NCBI GenBank assembly: GCA_963714015.1
Contig: OY970223.1
Location: 352,001 to 416,000, forward strand
Source: Vulcanimicrobiota bacterium
GTDB taxonomy: Bacteria > Vulcanimicrobiota > Vulcanimicrobiia > Vulcanimicrobiales > Vulcanimicrobiaceae
Length of the DNA: 64,000 nucleotides
Direction of reading: 5' to 3'
Below the pieces are notes generated by a model. The model ran no database searches and had not been told where the DNA came from. It saw nothing but the letters and a program-made list of their open reading frames with translations. Position numbers and translations under genes: made by a program. Positions 42,311 through 52,645 of the stretch are shown in pieces. Position 1 is the first letter of the stretch, and each line of letters opens with the position of its first letter.

Positions 42311-43054
42311 ATGAAGCGATATCTTTCGATACTGGCGGCAGCGGCCGTAATCGCTGCCGCTCCGCTCGCGGCCTACGCGCACCCGATAATGGGCAGCGAC
42401 GGCGTCCTGCGCTTTCCGTTCGAGGACCGGGTGGCTCCCGCGCTCTTCTGCCGGCCGCTGTACGTTTGCGACATCGTGCTGGAACCCGGTGAGAGCGTGA
42501 TCAACGTGGCGATCGGCGACTCGACGCGCTGGCTGGTTTCGCCCGCGACAAGCGGAACGGTCAACTCTACCCCGCACATTTTGATCAAGCCGACCCAAGC
42601 GAACCTCTCGACCGACCTCATCGTCACGACGACGAAGCGCGCGTACTATCTGGATCTTCATTCGGCGAACGTCAAACCGATGATCCGCGTAGGCTTCACC
42701 TATCCGCAAGCGTTGGATGCAACCCACGAGAACGCGAGCGCTCCCGCTATGGCCAACATGGCGATGGGGGCCGGACCGGTCGCACCGCTGGACTTCAAAT
42801 ATCAGAGCACGGGCGCGCACGAGTTGTATCCCGTCACCGTTTATAACGACGGAAAGCACACGTACATTCGGCTGGACCCGAACATTCAGGCGCTGCCGGT
42901 GCTGTTCCAAGTCGGACCGGACGGCGACCAACTCGTAAACTATCGCGTGAAAGACGGCGACGAGTACATCGTCGACGCGGTTCCCAATCGCATCGCTTTG
43001 GTTCTCGGAAGCGGCAAGAACATGCTGCGCGCCGAGGTCTTCCGCAAGCAATAA
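42311..43054 (+). CDS. trbG: TrbG (VirB9)
   Basis: DIVLEPGE, GDSTRW, TTTKRAY, VYNDGKHTYI and LVNYRV. Confidence 0.88.
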   Translation: MKRYLSILAAAAVIAAAPLAAYAHPIMGSDGVLRFPFEDRVAPALFCRPLYVCDIVLEPGESVINVAIGDSTRWLVSPATSGTVNSTPHILIKPTQANLSTDLIVTTTKRAYYLDLHSANVKPMIRVGFTYPQALDATHENASAPAMANMAMGAGPVAPLDFKYQSTGAHELYPVTVYNDGKHTYIRLDPNIQALPVLFQVGPDGDQLVNYRVKDGDEYIVDAVPNRIALVLGSGKNMLRAEVFRKQ

Positions 43055-43065
43055 GGAGTACGATC

Positions 43066-44392
43066 ATGTCAGGAATTATCGACGGCAAACCCAAGGCGCC
43101 CGAATCACCGGCCGTTGCAACGCCGCTGGCTGCCGGCGGACTGAAAGGAAAAGTCACCGGCGTAACGCGCATGAGCTCGCGCGCCGGATTCATCGCGATC
43201 GCCGCGCTGGCCGTAATCGTCTTCGCGATCTTTTACGGCGTCACGTCCAATACCGCACACTCGAATTCGAACCGCGTTGCGGCGGCGGAGCCGACACCGC
43301 AAGCAATCTCGACGGACGTGCCGATTATCGACGACATCCCGGGCGCCAACGCCGGAGCAGCGCCGGCCGATCCTCGCGGGAACGGCTCGCGCGACAACGA
43401 ACCGCACCGGCCGGCAAGGGGACAATCGCCGCAACAGGAGCAGGCCGAACAAGCGCAGCAGGCCGCGCAGGCTCAGCAAACCGGGCAACAGCAACCGGCT
43501 GGGCAAAACCAGGCTCCGCCCCAATTGCAAAGTGCGCCGCAAGTGCAAGCGGCTGCACAGATTCAGAATGCGGCGGCCATGGCGCAAGCGATGCTTCCGC
43601 AGCAGCCTACAGCGGCCGAAATGCGCTCGCAGCAAGCCGCAGAGCTGGCAATGGTGAAACGGTCGCAGCAGGATCAAGTCGCAGAGGTCGAGCGCAACGC
43701 ACGGCAGTCGTCAATCCTGATCGGCGGCGCCGCATCGAATGCAGCGCCGGCGACTGCGTCCACTCCCGCAAGCTCCCAGACGCAAGATGCATCACCGTAC
43801 GTCGTGCAAGAGGGCTCCGTCATTCCGGCAACGCTGCTGACCGGGCTCAATTCCGATTTGCCGGGAACGGTGATTGCGATGGTCAATCACGACGTCTATG
43901 ACTCTCAGACCGGGAAATACCGGTTGATTCCAGCCGGCTCCAAGCTCGTCGGACGCTTCGAATCGCAAGTCGTCCAGGGACAGAGCCGCGTGATGGTCGG
44001 GTGGAACCGGATCCTTTATCCGAATGGAACGTCGGTCGACATCAGCGGCGCCGAAGGTGCCGATGCGGCCGGCTACTCCGGCTTCACCGGAAAAGTCGAC
44101 AAGCACACGAATATTTTCAATACCATCTTGAGCAGCATTATCGGCATCGGCACCGCGATCGTCTCGCAACCGCGCGTCGTCATCGCCGGGCCCGTCGGCG
44201 GAGCCGTGGTCATGCAGCCCTCAGTCGGACAGCAAGCGGCGACTCAAGCCGGGCAGCAGGCTTCAACAGCAGATCTCGCAATCGAACAACGCGAGCGGCC
44301 AGCAGCGTCCGACGATCGAGGTACGACCCGGGTACATCTTCAACATCTTGGTGAACCACGATCTCGTCCTGGCGGCACCGTACGAAAATTGA
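43066..44392 (+). CDS. trbI: TrbI (VirB10), frameshift near 44265
   Basis: GSVIPATLLTGLNSDLPG, DAAGYSG..GKVDKH; true end RPTIEVRPGYIFNILVNHDLVLAAPYEN* lies in the shifted frame. Confidence 0.88.
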
Positions 44393-44403
44393 ATGCTCCA
44401 CAG

Positions 44404-44958
44404 ATGCGCCGAATCGGCCGGAGCGGCGCGCTCGTTCTGGCGATTGCCGCGCTAGCCGACGGCATGATGGTTGGAGCGCATGCCCTGGGCCTGCGCCTCA
44501 ACACGACGCCGAGCATGCCGATGGGGATCTATCGCGTGCAGCCGGCTGGAGGCGCACAACTGCAACGGGGGACAATCGTTGCAATCTGTCCGTCCAGACG
44601 CGCACTGGCGGTCGCGATTCCGCGCCGCTACTTGATGCCGGGACACTGCGCCGGGAACGTCGAGCCTTTACTGAAACACGTCGCCGCCGTTGCCGGAGAT
44701 CGCGTAGAGGTGTCCGACGCCGGCGTCGTGGTTAACGGTACGCCGCTGCCGAACAGCGTTCGTCTGCAAAGCGACTGCGCGGGACGTTCGCTTCCGCGAA
44801 TTCCGTCCGGGCGCTACGTCATTCCCAACGGCGAGGTTTGGCTTTATGCGCCGGTGGCGCGCAGTTGGGATTCCCGCTATTTCGGTCCCACGCCGGCCGC
44901 GAACGTCGTCGGCATAGCGACGTCTATTCTAACGATAAGCCGGACAGCAACTTGCTAA
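44404..44958 (+). CDS. traF: Conjugative transfer signal peptidase TraF (S26, pilin maturation)
   Basis: NTTPSMPMGIY, LLKHVAAVAGD and SWDSRYFGP. Confidence 0.88.
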   Translation: MRRIGRSGALVLAIAALADGMMVGAHALGLRLNTTPSMPMGIYRVQPAGGAQLQRGTIVAICPSRRALAVAIPRRYLMPGHCAGNVEPLLKHVAAVAGDRVEVSDAGVVVNGTPLPNSVRLQSDCAGRSLPRIPSGRYVIPNGEVWLYAPVARSWDSRYFGPTPAANVVGIATSILTISRTATC

Positions 44959-45001
44959 CTACCCGACTGCGGCTGTAGGGCGCGGGTTATGTGGTAGGTG
45001 C

Positions 45002-45384
45002 GTTTACGGGGCTGTCTTTTCAATGACGAAGGCCGGTTCAATCAAGATCCTTTAGTCCTTCAAAAGCTCCGGCGATGCCCACTACCCGCTTGCAGGGCAA
45101 TCCGGCGGCGTCTACGGGCTGGGAGCGGTCTTCGCCGTTACATTGAACGGTGAGGAGCACGTCGTCATAGTTTTTCGGGAAAGAACGGCGACAGTGCGTC
45201 TTCATTCGATATCCCGATCATCGTGAAAGGCGTCTTATACGGCGTAACCTACGCCGGCGGTAAGTACGGAAAGGGTATGCTCTACAGCCTTACGACGAAC
45301 GGCGTAGAACATATCTTACATGCCTTCGGAAACGATTCCGATGGTGCGTATCCGGTCGGCTTGCGCAATGTTAATGGGCGCTAA
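45002..45384 (+). pseudogene. Remnant of a GloVer/TIGR03803-type tandem-repeat protein
   Basis: YGAVFSMTKAGSIKIL*SF...GVLYGVTYAGGKYGKGMLYSLTTNGVEHILHAFGNDSDGAYP; no start, in-frame TAG, apparent internal deletion and a frameshift. Confidence 0.7.
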
Positions 45385-45391
45385 GGCTCTC

Positions 45392-47660
45392 TTAGGCAGC
45401 CGCGGCATCCACGTCGGCCGCGCCGTTCAGCAATTCCGCGAGCTCGTTCAGAACTGCCTCGACGATCGGATGATCGGAGCCCAGTTCGTTTTCGTAAATC
45501 TCCAGGGCGCGGCGATGCAGGTTGGCGGCTTCGGCATGGCGGTTCGTATCCCGCAAGAGACTTCGCAAGCGCGTTGAGATTTGCTGCGACGTGCGGATCC
45601 CGTTCTTCTTTCGAGCGTTCCGCTATGGCCAAACCCAGCCGAAGAAGCTTTTCCGAGTCGAGGAATGCCGCGCGCTTAGCGAGGTAGTTGCCGCAAGCGT
45701 TTGCCAGTCGCGCGCCCGGCGCGAACCCGCTCCCGGCATCGAGTGAAGCGAGCGCCGCGCGTCCGTGCGGTAACAGCCGTTCACACAAACGCCAGGTCGC
45801 AAAGTCGACCGGCGGAAACGCAGATTCGACGGCGCCGACTGCGCTTTGAATCCACGGCTGCGGATCGCTGCCTGCAAACCTGCGAGCCGCCTGCTGAACG
45901 AGCGGATGCATCCGGTAGCTGCGCGTCTCCGGTGAAAAGACGAGCAGCGAAAAACGGTGGAGCGCGCCGAGCGCGTCATCGGTGTGGGCCGCGCTGGCGA
46001 TGCAGGATCGCAAATCCAGCGCCGGCGTTTGGGTTCCCAGGCCCGGCGCAAGACTGCCTGCATAAATTTCCGGCGGTTGCACGAAGAGTTCTTCGGCAAT
46101 CGCATCCGGCGCGAAAAACGACGAGAGTACCAGCAATGCCGCGGCGCCGGGAGCCTCTTCTTCGGCCCGCACGATCGCCTCGCAGAACGTGGCCAAAACG
46201 GCTTGCTGGTAGTCGGCTCCGCGCGGAGCGATTGCCAGATGATCGCCGATACGACCCAGGTACCGGCGGGCGGTCACGTTCGGCGTCGCGCGCAAGTATG
46301 CCGCGGCGTGCGCGACGGCAAGTGGAAAACATTCGAGCCGGCGAGCAATCTCTTCGGCTTCGGCCGCGCCGATGTCGGCGCGTCCAATCTCGCGACACAA
46401 ATAATTTACCGTCTCTTCGACACGCCACGTGTCCAACCAGATCGGACAGACGTCGCCGCTCCAGGCGGAGTATCGTGAGGTCACGATAACATGCGCGCCG
46501 GAAGCGGCCCATTCGCGCAGGAGCCTATCGTCGTGAACGTTATCGTAGATCAGCAGCGCCGGTTTGCCGAACGTATCTAATTCGTTTGCGATCACTTGTG
46601 CGGCAGCGGCTCGGCGATCGCCGGCTTTTTCCAGGTCCGGAACGATCTGCGAACCCAGGCGGACGAGTCCTTCGATGATGCCGGCTTCGTCCTCGGCATT
46701 AAGGGACCAAATAACGCTATAACGATCGCGATTGCGCCGCGCGTATTCACGAGCGATCGCGGATTTTCCGATTCCGCCTAGTCCGTGAACGACGGCAATC
46801 TTGCCTTGATTCCATAACGCATGTTCGATGGCGCTCAGTTCGTCCTCACGGCCGGTGAAACTCGGCGTGATGCGAACGGCGTCCGTTCCCACGATCGACT
46901 CCGGCCGCTGCCGGGGCGCGGCGCCCTGCAGTTCGTCCGCCGATGCGGCGCGGCGATATTCAGCGGTGGTTTCGGCCATGGGAGAAACGCCGAGCTCTTC
47001 TTCGAGGCGTTTTGCGAATTCCTGATACGTCGAGAGCGCGCCCGCCCGATCGCCGCTCGCGTGACGCAGCGCAATGAGCGCACGGATCCCGTCCTCGCGC
47101 CAGGGATCCACGGCGAGCAATTTTTTCGTGTACGCAATTGCTTCGCCGAAGTTACCGCGTTCGCGGTTTACGGAGACGAGGTTGAGCAGCAGCTCGATCT
47201 GACGCTCGCGGAAGCGATCGCGATGCTCCGAAAGCCACTCGTCCTCGAAGCCTTCAAGCAGTTCGCCCCGATACAAGGCAACCGCATCGGCAGCCGTCGA
47301 CGGTTCGGCGCTGCACTTGCGGAACGCCGTGAGGTCGCACCATGCCGGCGCGTTGGGGTTCCACCGAACGGTCCGTTTGTCCGAAAGTATCCAGGGCGCG
47401 TCCGCGGGCGCCGGGGGTAGCGCGTCGTTGACTAAGTAGTAGAGGTGGCGGCGCAAATCGGCGCGGGCGTCGCTCTCCGTGTGGTCGGGCCAGAGGGCGA
47501 AGGCGACCGCGTCGCGGGAGAGCGCCGTATCGGAATGGACGAGCAAGTAAGCCAGGAGGGACAAGGCGCGCTGCGGTGCCTTGAACTTCAAGGGCGCATT
47601 CCCGTCGCTCAGATGAGCCCGGCCAAAAAGATGGATCCGGACGTTTGGATAGTCGATCAA
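45392..47660 (-). CDS. SARP/BTAD activator + NB-ARC + TPR protein (frameshift near the C-terminus)
   Basis: LLAYL...ALWPD, LYRGELLEG, DPWRE (BTAD); GLGGIGKS; last TPR (HRRALEIYENELGSDHP) in the shifted frame ends at TAA 45392. Confidence 0.85.
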
Positions 47661-47766
47661 CGCTGCCCCCCGTGCGCACGGCCCAGGCCGTGCTTCTGCT
47701 CTAGGGAGATCCTAGCCGGGCGAGGGGCGGCCCGACATCGACACCCGCACAGTTAGCCGATACAGT

Positions 47767-50599
47767 TCATCCGGCGCGCGCCTCGCGCCGAAGTCCGTGA
47801 AAGGCTTGCCATACCGTGGCAATCAGCCCGTCCTCGGCCGCCATGGGAATGCCGATGCGGTTGAAATGCATATGGAGCAAGCTGGCGCAAAGCTCGTCCG
47901 AATCGACGGCGAGGCGCCCCTCTCTTCTTTTCGCCATTCCGGAGGATCGGTCAGCATCCCGCGAATTCGCCGGACGCGAGGCCATTGAACGTTACGGGCC
48001 GCGCGCGCGATTTCCCGATTGCGCTCCATCCAACGATCGCCGTCAAAATGTTCGAACCATTGCTGGAGGAAAGCGCCGGCGAAAAGGAGCGACGCGGTGA
48101 CGCGCGACTCCCAAGTCAACGCGGGAGCGGAAGCGATAAACTCCAGCGCACGTCCGCTGTCGACGTGAAAGAGTTGCTCTGCGAGCGGCATCGCAGCCGC
48201 GCCGCCGTAGCGTTCCAGCTCCGGGATGTACGTATCCAACGCGTAGCGCGGTATCAGACCGCGACCGACCAAGGCCGTCAAAGCGCCGGCGAGCCCTGCC
48301 AGCAACGCTTTGCCATCGCCCGGCGTGTGGAATCGAATGCGCAGATGTGGTTGGGGGTCGGCATAGCGCAGAAAGAACCAACGGTCGATGGAGGCTCCGT
48401 TCAAAGACGCAAACAGCAGCGGAATCGATCGGATCAGCCCATCGATCTCCGATGCCGGGCAGTAAAGTTTCGCAAACGCCCACTCACTTCCCGGAGCAAA
48501 GGATTCCGCCGGGCCCGTTTCGGTGAACGCGGCGCTGCGGGCGGGGCGCGGCGCGGCCTGCGGCGCAATACCGGCGACGAACTCGTGCAAATAGCGCTCG
48601 CCGTCCTTAGCGAGCCAGAGGTGATCGAAGTCGGGAAACATCTCTTCCAACCGCAGCTTGGACCCGATTGGATAGCCGTCGTTGCCTGAACCCATTTGAT
48701 CGCGAATCAATTCAACCGATACGGGCGAGTCGAGATCCAAAAGCAGGCTCGAGATCCCGTTCCACGAGATAGACCCATCGCGGCACGTTCCAGCTTTCGC
48801 GCCAGTGCTGCAGGAACCGGTTCAAATCGTCTTTATGCGCGAACAGTTCTTCTCTCGTGAGCGTCCATACGGCCGGAGCGAGCACGAGCCTTTCATAGCG
48901 GACGCGCGGAGTGAACGGCATTTGAGCGGCGAAACCCCATGACCACAAGCGCGGAAGAACGTGATCTTGTTTTCCGATCATCGAAAGCAGCCGCATGTGG
49001 GGCGGCCCGAAGTAGGTCACCTGCAGCATGTAACTTTCTTTAATGAGCAGCCTGCGTTTGAGCGTGCGCGAATATGCGACGAATCGCGTACCTTCCAGGC
49101 CAATCAGAATATCGCGCGGCTCGATGCGGACGACACCGGCGGGCAATCGCTCGCGCCGGCCGGCCACGGCATAGCCGCTCGCAGGCACTTGCAGCAAACC
49201 GGCATAGTGCTGATCGTGCGGCGTGAATACGAGTTCGACCGGAAGCGGCGCATTGGGATCGGCGTCCGAGGACTCTTGAAGTGCGCCCGCGTCGATGTCG
49301 AGCGCTTCGGCAAACCGGTGGACCGTTTTATACGTGCCGTCCGTGGCCAGTCCGTGAACGGGACGAATCAGATAATTTCCCTCATCGAGATCCGCCCGAT
49401 CCTTCGCCGCGATTTGAAAACCGATCTCGCAGCCGTTCGTGCACGATGAACTCTCGGGCTGCAATCCGAGAGGCTGCAGATCTTGCCGCTTCAGCACGGC
49501 CTCTCGGCATCCGTCACGCAGTGCGCGGGCGATCAGGCGGGCTCGCAGATCGTCCTTTACTGCATCCGGCGCATCGGGCAGGTCCATCGGATCGTCCGGT
49601 GCTCCGATTCCGGAATCGGGGTCGACGAGTTCGAGCAGCGGTATGCGCCTGGAGTCGCCTTCGTAGCGCTCCATGAATTTGGACCGATATTTGGCGAGTA
49701 CCCGGGGACGCGCATTTGCAGTCATCAATGAAGCAAGAACGCTTGCGTCGGAGATCACTCGTTCCCCGAGCGCTCCTTCAAATGACTGAATCATGTTGAC
49801 TTGCGTGCCGGCCGGAACGCGGGCAGCGAAAATTTCAGTTGCGGCTTGCGGCGCTCGTTCGGGCGGTTCGCAGCCGGAAGGCCGCGTAAAAATCAGACAC
49901 CCGATATCGAGCAGCTTGTTTGTAGAGCTGTTCGGCGGCAGCCGGCGGCATTTGCAGCCTGTCGCACAAGGCGGTGCGCAGATCGCGCAGCGGCCGGTCG
50001 ATCGACGCGATCCGCAATATCTCCTCGAGCTGAGCCGACCAGCGAACGTTGAGCGGTTCGTAGTGCAGAATAACCGGATCGGCCGTATCCAAGCCTCGAC
50101 GCAGCCGCTCGGGGTGCCGTATGTGCAGCCGGTCGCCCCGCAAGACCAGCAAATCATTGGCGACGACCGGCAGATCTTCGCGTAACGTCCGATCGCTTTC
50201 ACTTGCCGCCAGTGCTGCATGCGTTTGGGCCGGATCGGTCGCCACGAATAGTTCGGGCGCCCGCGACGAAAGCTGCAACGTGGACGCGGGTCCTTGCTGC
50301 ACAACACCCGTGCCGGCAAACAGGCCGAACGGCGTGCTGCGGGTCGCCATCCGAAGCGCATAGGCGAGGGCCTTCAGCGGCGCGCGTTTCTTCTTTGCGG
50401 CGCCGCCGCGGCTCCACCTTTTGAGGCTTTCATGCAAGCTCGGCGACGCCAGAGCGATCGCCGCATCGAACAGTCCGGACTCGCGCAGCAGATCGCGCGT
50501 TGCCTCAAGCGGATCCGCCGCAGCGAAAATGTCGCGCGCAACGCGTGCCGGGAACATCGGAACCCGTCCGGTCAGCAGCACGATCCGGTTCTTGCGCAT
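47767..50599 (-). CDS. lanB: Full-length lantibiotic dehydratase (glutamylation + elimination domains), 3 frameshifts
   Basis: YALRMATRSTPFGLFAG; FTPRVRYERLVLAPAVW; HEFV; WFFLRYADPQPHLRIRF; YIPELERYGG; SLLHMHFNRIG. Confidence 0.88.
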
Positions 50600-50926
50600 C
50601 TAAGGACCGACCACCGTCACGCTTCCGCGCATGTACGGATGCGGTTCACAGTAATAGTCGTACCGGCCGGCCTTGTGAAAGGTCGTCGTCCAGGACTTGT
50701 GCCAGTCGATCGGTCCCGAATCGATCGATTCCGCCGCTTGCGCGGTCACGGTGTGCGCTTGTTCGTCCTCGTTGACGAACGTCACCGAATCACCGACGTG
50801 AACGCGCAGGTTTTCGGGATGGTAACTATAGTCCGCGATGTGTACGACGTAATGGTGGTGGTTCGACGCACCCGGAGCGGCCGCTAGGAGCAGCACCGCG
50901 GCGATGGACGAAAGAAGTATTTTCAC
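50600..50926 (-). CDS. Cupredoxin (amicyanin/plastocyanin-like blue copper protein)
   Basis: Signal peptide; AHTV and YYCEPHPYM type-1 Cu ligands. Confidence 0.9.
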   Translation of the reverse strand: MKILLSSIAAVLLLAAAPGASNHHHYVVHIADYSYHPENLRVHVGDSVTFVNEDEQAHTVTAQAAESIDSGPIDWHKSWTTTFHKAGRYDYYCEPHPYMRGSVTVVGP

Positions 50927-50947
50927 GAACGATCCCTGCCTTTTCTT

Positions 50948-52645
50948 TTAAAGAGAGAACACGTAGAGTTTGCCGCCTCGAGGCACGTGCGCGGTCAATT
51001 GCGCAGCAGGCCCGCCGAAAGCCGCGAGTCCGCCGCCATATCCGCAGTAAACGGCCACGTACTGTTTACCGTCGACCATATACGTTACGGGCGGCGCAAC
51101 GATTCCCGATTGGAGCTGCTGATGCCAGAGCACCTTACCGGTCTTTGCATCGAAGGCGTAGAAACGGCCGCCCGCATTTCCGCTAAATACCAGGCCGCTC
51201 GCTGTGTCGAGCACGCCGCCGGTCCAAGGATAATCGCTGGGGTGCGTCCACACTTTTCGCCCGGTCAGCGTGTCGATGGCGCTCAATTCGCCGAAACCGT
51301 GCGCACCGGGTTCTGCAACGGTCAGGGACACTTCGCCGAAATAGCCGAACCGTTCGCGTAAATTCCCCGTTCCGGTTACTTGCGCGCACAGGTGCAATAT
51401 CGGAACGTACGCAAGTTTCGTCACCGGACTGTAGGCCATCGGATACCAGTTCTTGCCGCCGCCCGAACTAGGGCAGTCCAGCACCGTCTTGCCGACTTGC
51501 GGGTATTTTTGCGGATCCAGTATTGCCTTGCCTTGCGAGTCGTATCCGAGAATCGTGTTGTTCTTTACAAAGGGCCGAGCGTAAATGAGTTTGCCGCTTC
51601 GGCGATCGATGGCGAAGAAGTATCCGTTGCGATCCGCGTGCACGATTGCCGGAATACGGCGTCCGCCGCGCTGCAGTGTAACGAGCACCAGTTCGTTGAC
51701 GCCGTCGTAATCCCAAGAATCGTGCGGCGTATATTGGTAATACCACTTCATCGCACCGTCCGACGGGTCGAGTGCGAGCAGCGAATCCGTAAAGAGGTTC
51801 GCGCCGGGACGCTTTCCGCCGAACCACGGACCCGGATTTCCGGTTCCCCAAAACAACGTGTTGGTCTGCGGATCGTATGAACCGGTAACCCACGTGTCGC
51901 CGCCGCCGCGTTTGTACGCACCAGCGGGCCAAGTATTTCCTCCGGGTTCGCCGGGCGACGGAACGGTCCATCGCTTCCATAACCGCCGGCCCGTCTGCGC
52001 GTCGAATGCCGCTATGAACCCACGCGCGCCGAATTCGCCTCCGGCCACTCCGGTGATAACGCGTCCGCCTACGACGAGCGGCGCGCCGGTGATGGCGTGA
52101 TCTTTTCCGACCGCGACGACTTGACGGCTCCAGACGAGGCGACCGCTTTGCGCGTCGAGCGCGATCAAACGATCGTCGATCGTTCCGAGGAAAACATCGT
52201 TTCCATAGAGTGCTACACCGCGGTTGACGACGTCGCAGCAAACCGCGCGCAGCGCTTGCATGGAGATGTTCGGCACGTATTTCCAGAGTACGCGTCCGCC
52301 GGCTGCGTCCAGCGCGATCACGGTATCCATCGGCGTGGTGATGAACATCGTGCTCCCGTTGACCACAGGCGGAGATTCGTGCCCCTGCGGCAAGCCGGTT
52401 ACGTACGTGAATGCGACGTGAAGCGATCGAACGTTGGAGGGAGTGATCCGAGTGAACGGCGCGTACGCGCGGCTGTCGTAAGAACGGCGATACATCAGCC
52501 ATCCGTCGTCGCCGCCGGCCTCGAGAAGGCGAGCGTTGGTAACACTTGGATAGTCTTGATTCGCGCGGCCGTGGAGAGCCAACGGTCCCCAGAACAGTAA
52601 GACCAGAAAACCGCAGCAGAGCAGGAAGCGCCCTATCACTTTCAA
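50948..52645 (-). CDS. PQQ-dependent alcohol dehydrogenase, lanthanide-type motif (ExaF/PedH/XoxF-like)
   Basis: Signal peptide; CCDVVNRG vicinal Cys, GGEFG, WGTGNP and HDSWDYDGVNE; TTG start overlaps the upstream TGA. Confidence 0.9.
   Translation of the reverse strand: MKVIGRFLLCCGFLVLLFWGPLALHGRANQDYPSVTNARLLEAGGDDGWLMYRRSYDSRAYAPFTRITPSNVRSLHVAFTYVTGLPQGHESPPVVNGSTMFITTPMDTVIALDAAGGRVLWKYVPNISMQALRAVCCDVVNRGVALYGNDVFLGTIDDRLIALDAQSGRLVWSRQVVAVGKDHAITGAPLVVGGRVITGVAGGEFGARGFIAAFDAQTGRRLWKRWTVPSPGEPGGNTWPAGAYKRGGGDTWVTGSYDPQTNTLFWGTGNPGPWFGGKRPGANLFTDSLLALDPSDGAMKWYYQYTPHDSWDYDGVNELVLVTLQRGGRRIPAIVHADRNGYFFAIDRRSGKLIYARPFVKNNTILGYDSQGKAILDPQKYPQVGKTVLDCPSSGGGKNWYPMAYSPVTKLAYVPILHLCAQVTGTGNLRERFGYFGEVSLTVAEPGAHGFGELSAIDTLTGRKVWTHPSDYPWTGGVLDTASGLVFSGNAGGRFYAFDAKTGKVLWHQQLQSGIVAPPVTYMVDGKQYVAVYCGYGGGLAAFGGPAAQLTAHVPRGGKLYVFSL

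Noticed and set aside
37978..43051. Long antisense ORFs (37978-39345, 41465-43051) and similar overlapping ORFs elsewhere
   Set aside because: Shadow frames of high-GC genes with no recognisable motifs
43066..44958. 630-aa TrbI-TraF fusion ORF
   Set aside because: The canonical TrbI C-terminus and stop (44392) lie in another frame, so the fusion is an indel artefact
31593..44958. Complete ICE or conjugative plasmid
   Set aside because: No integrase, relaxase, rep/par genes, tRNA target or att repeats were found
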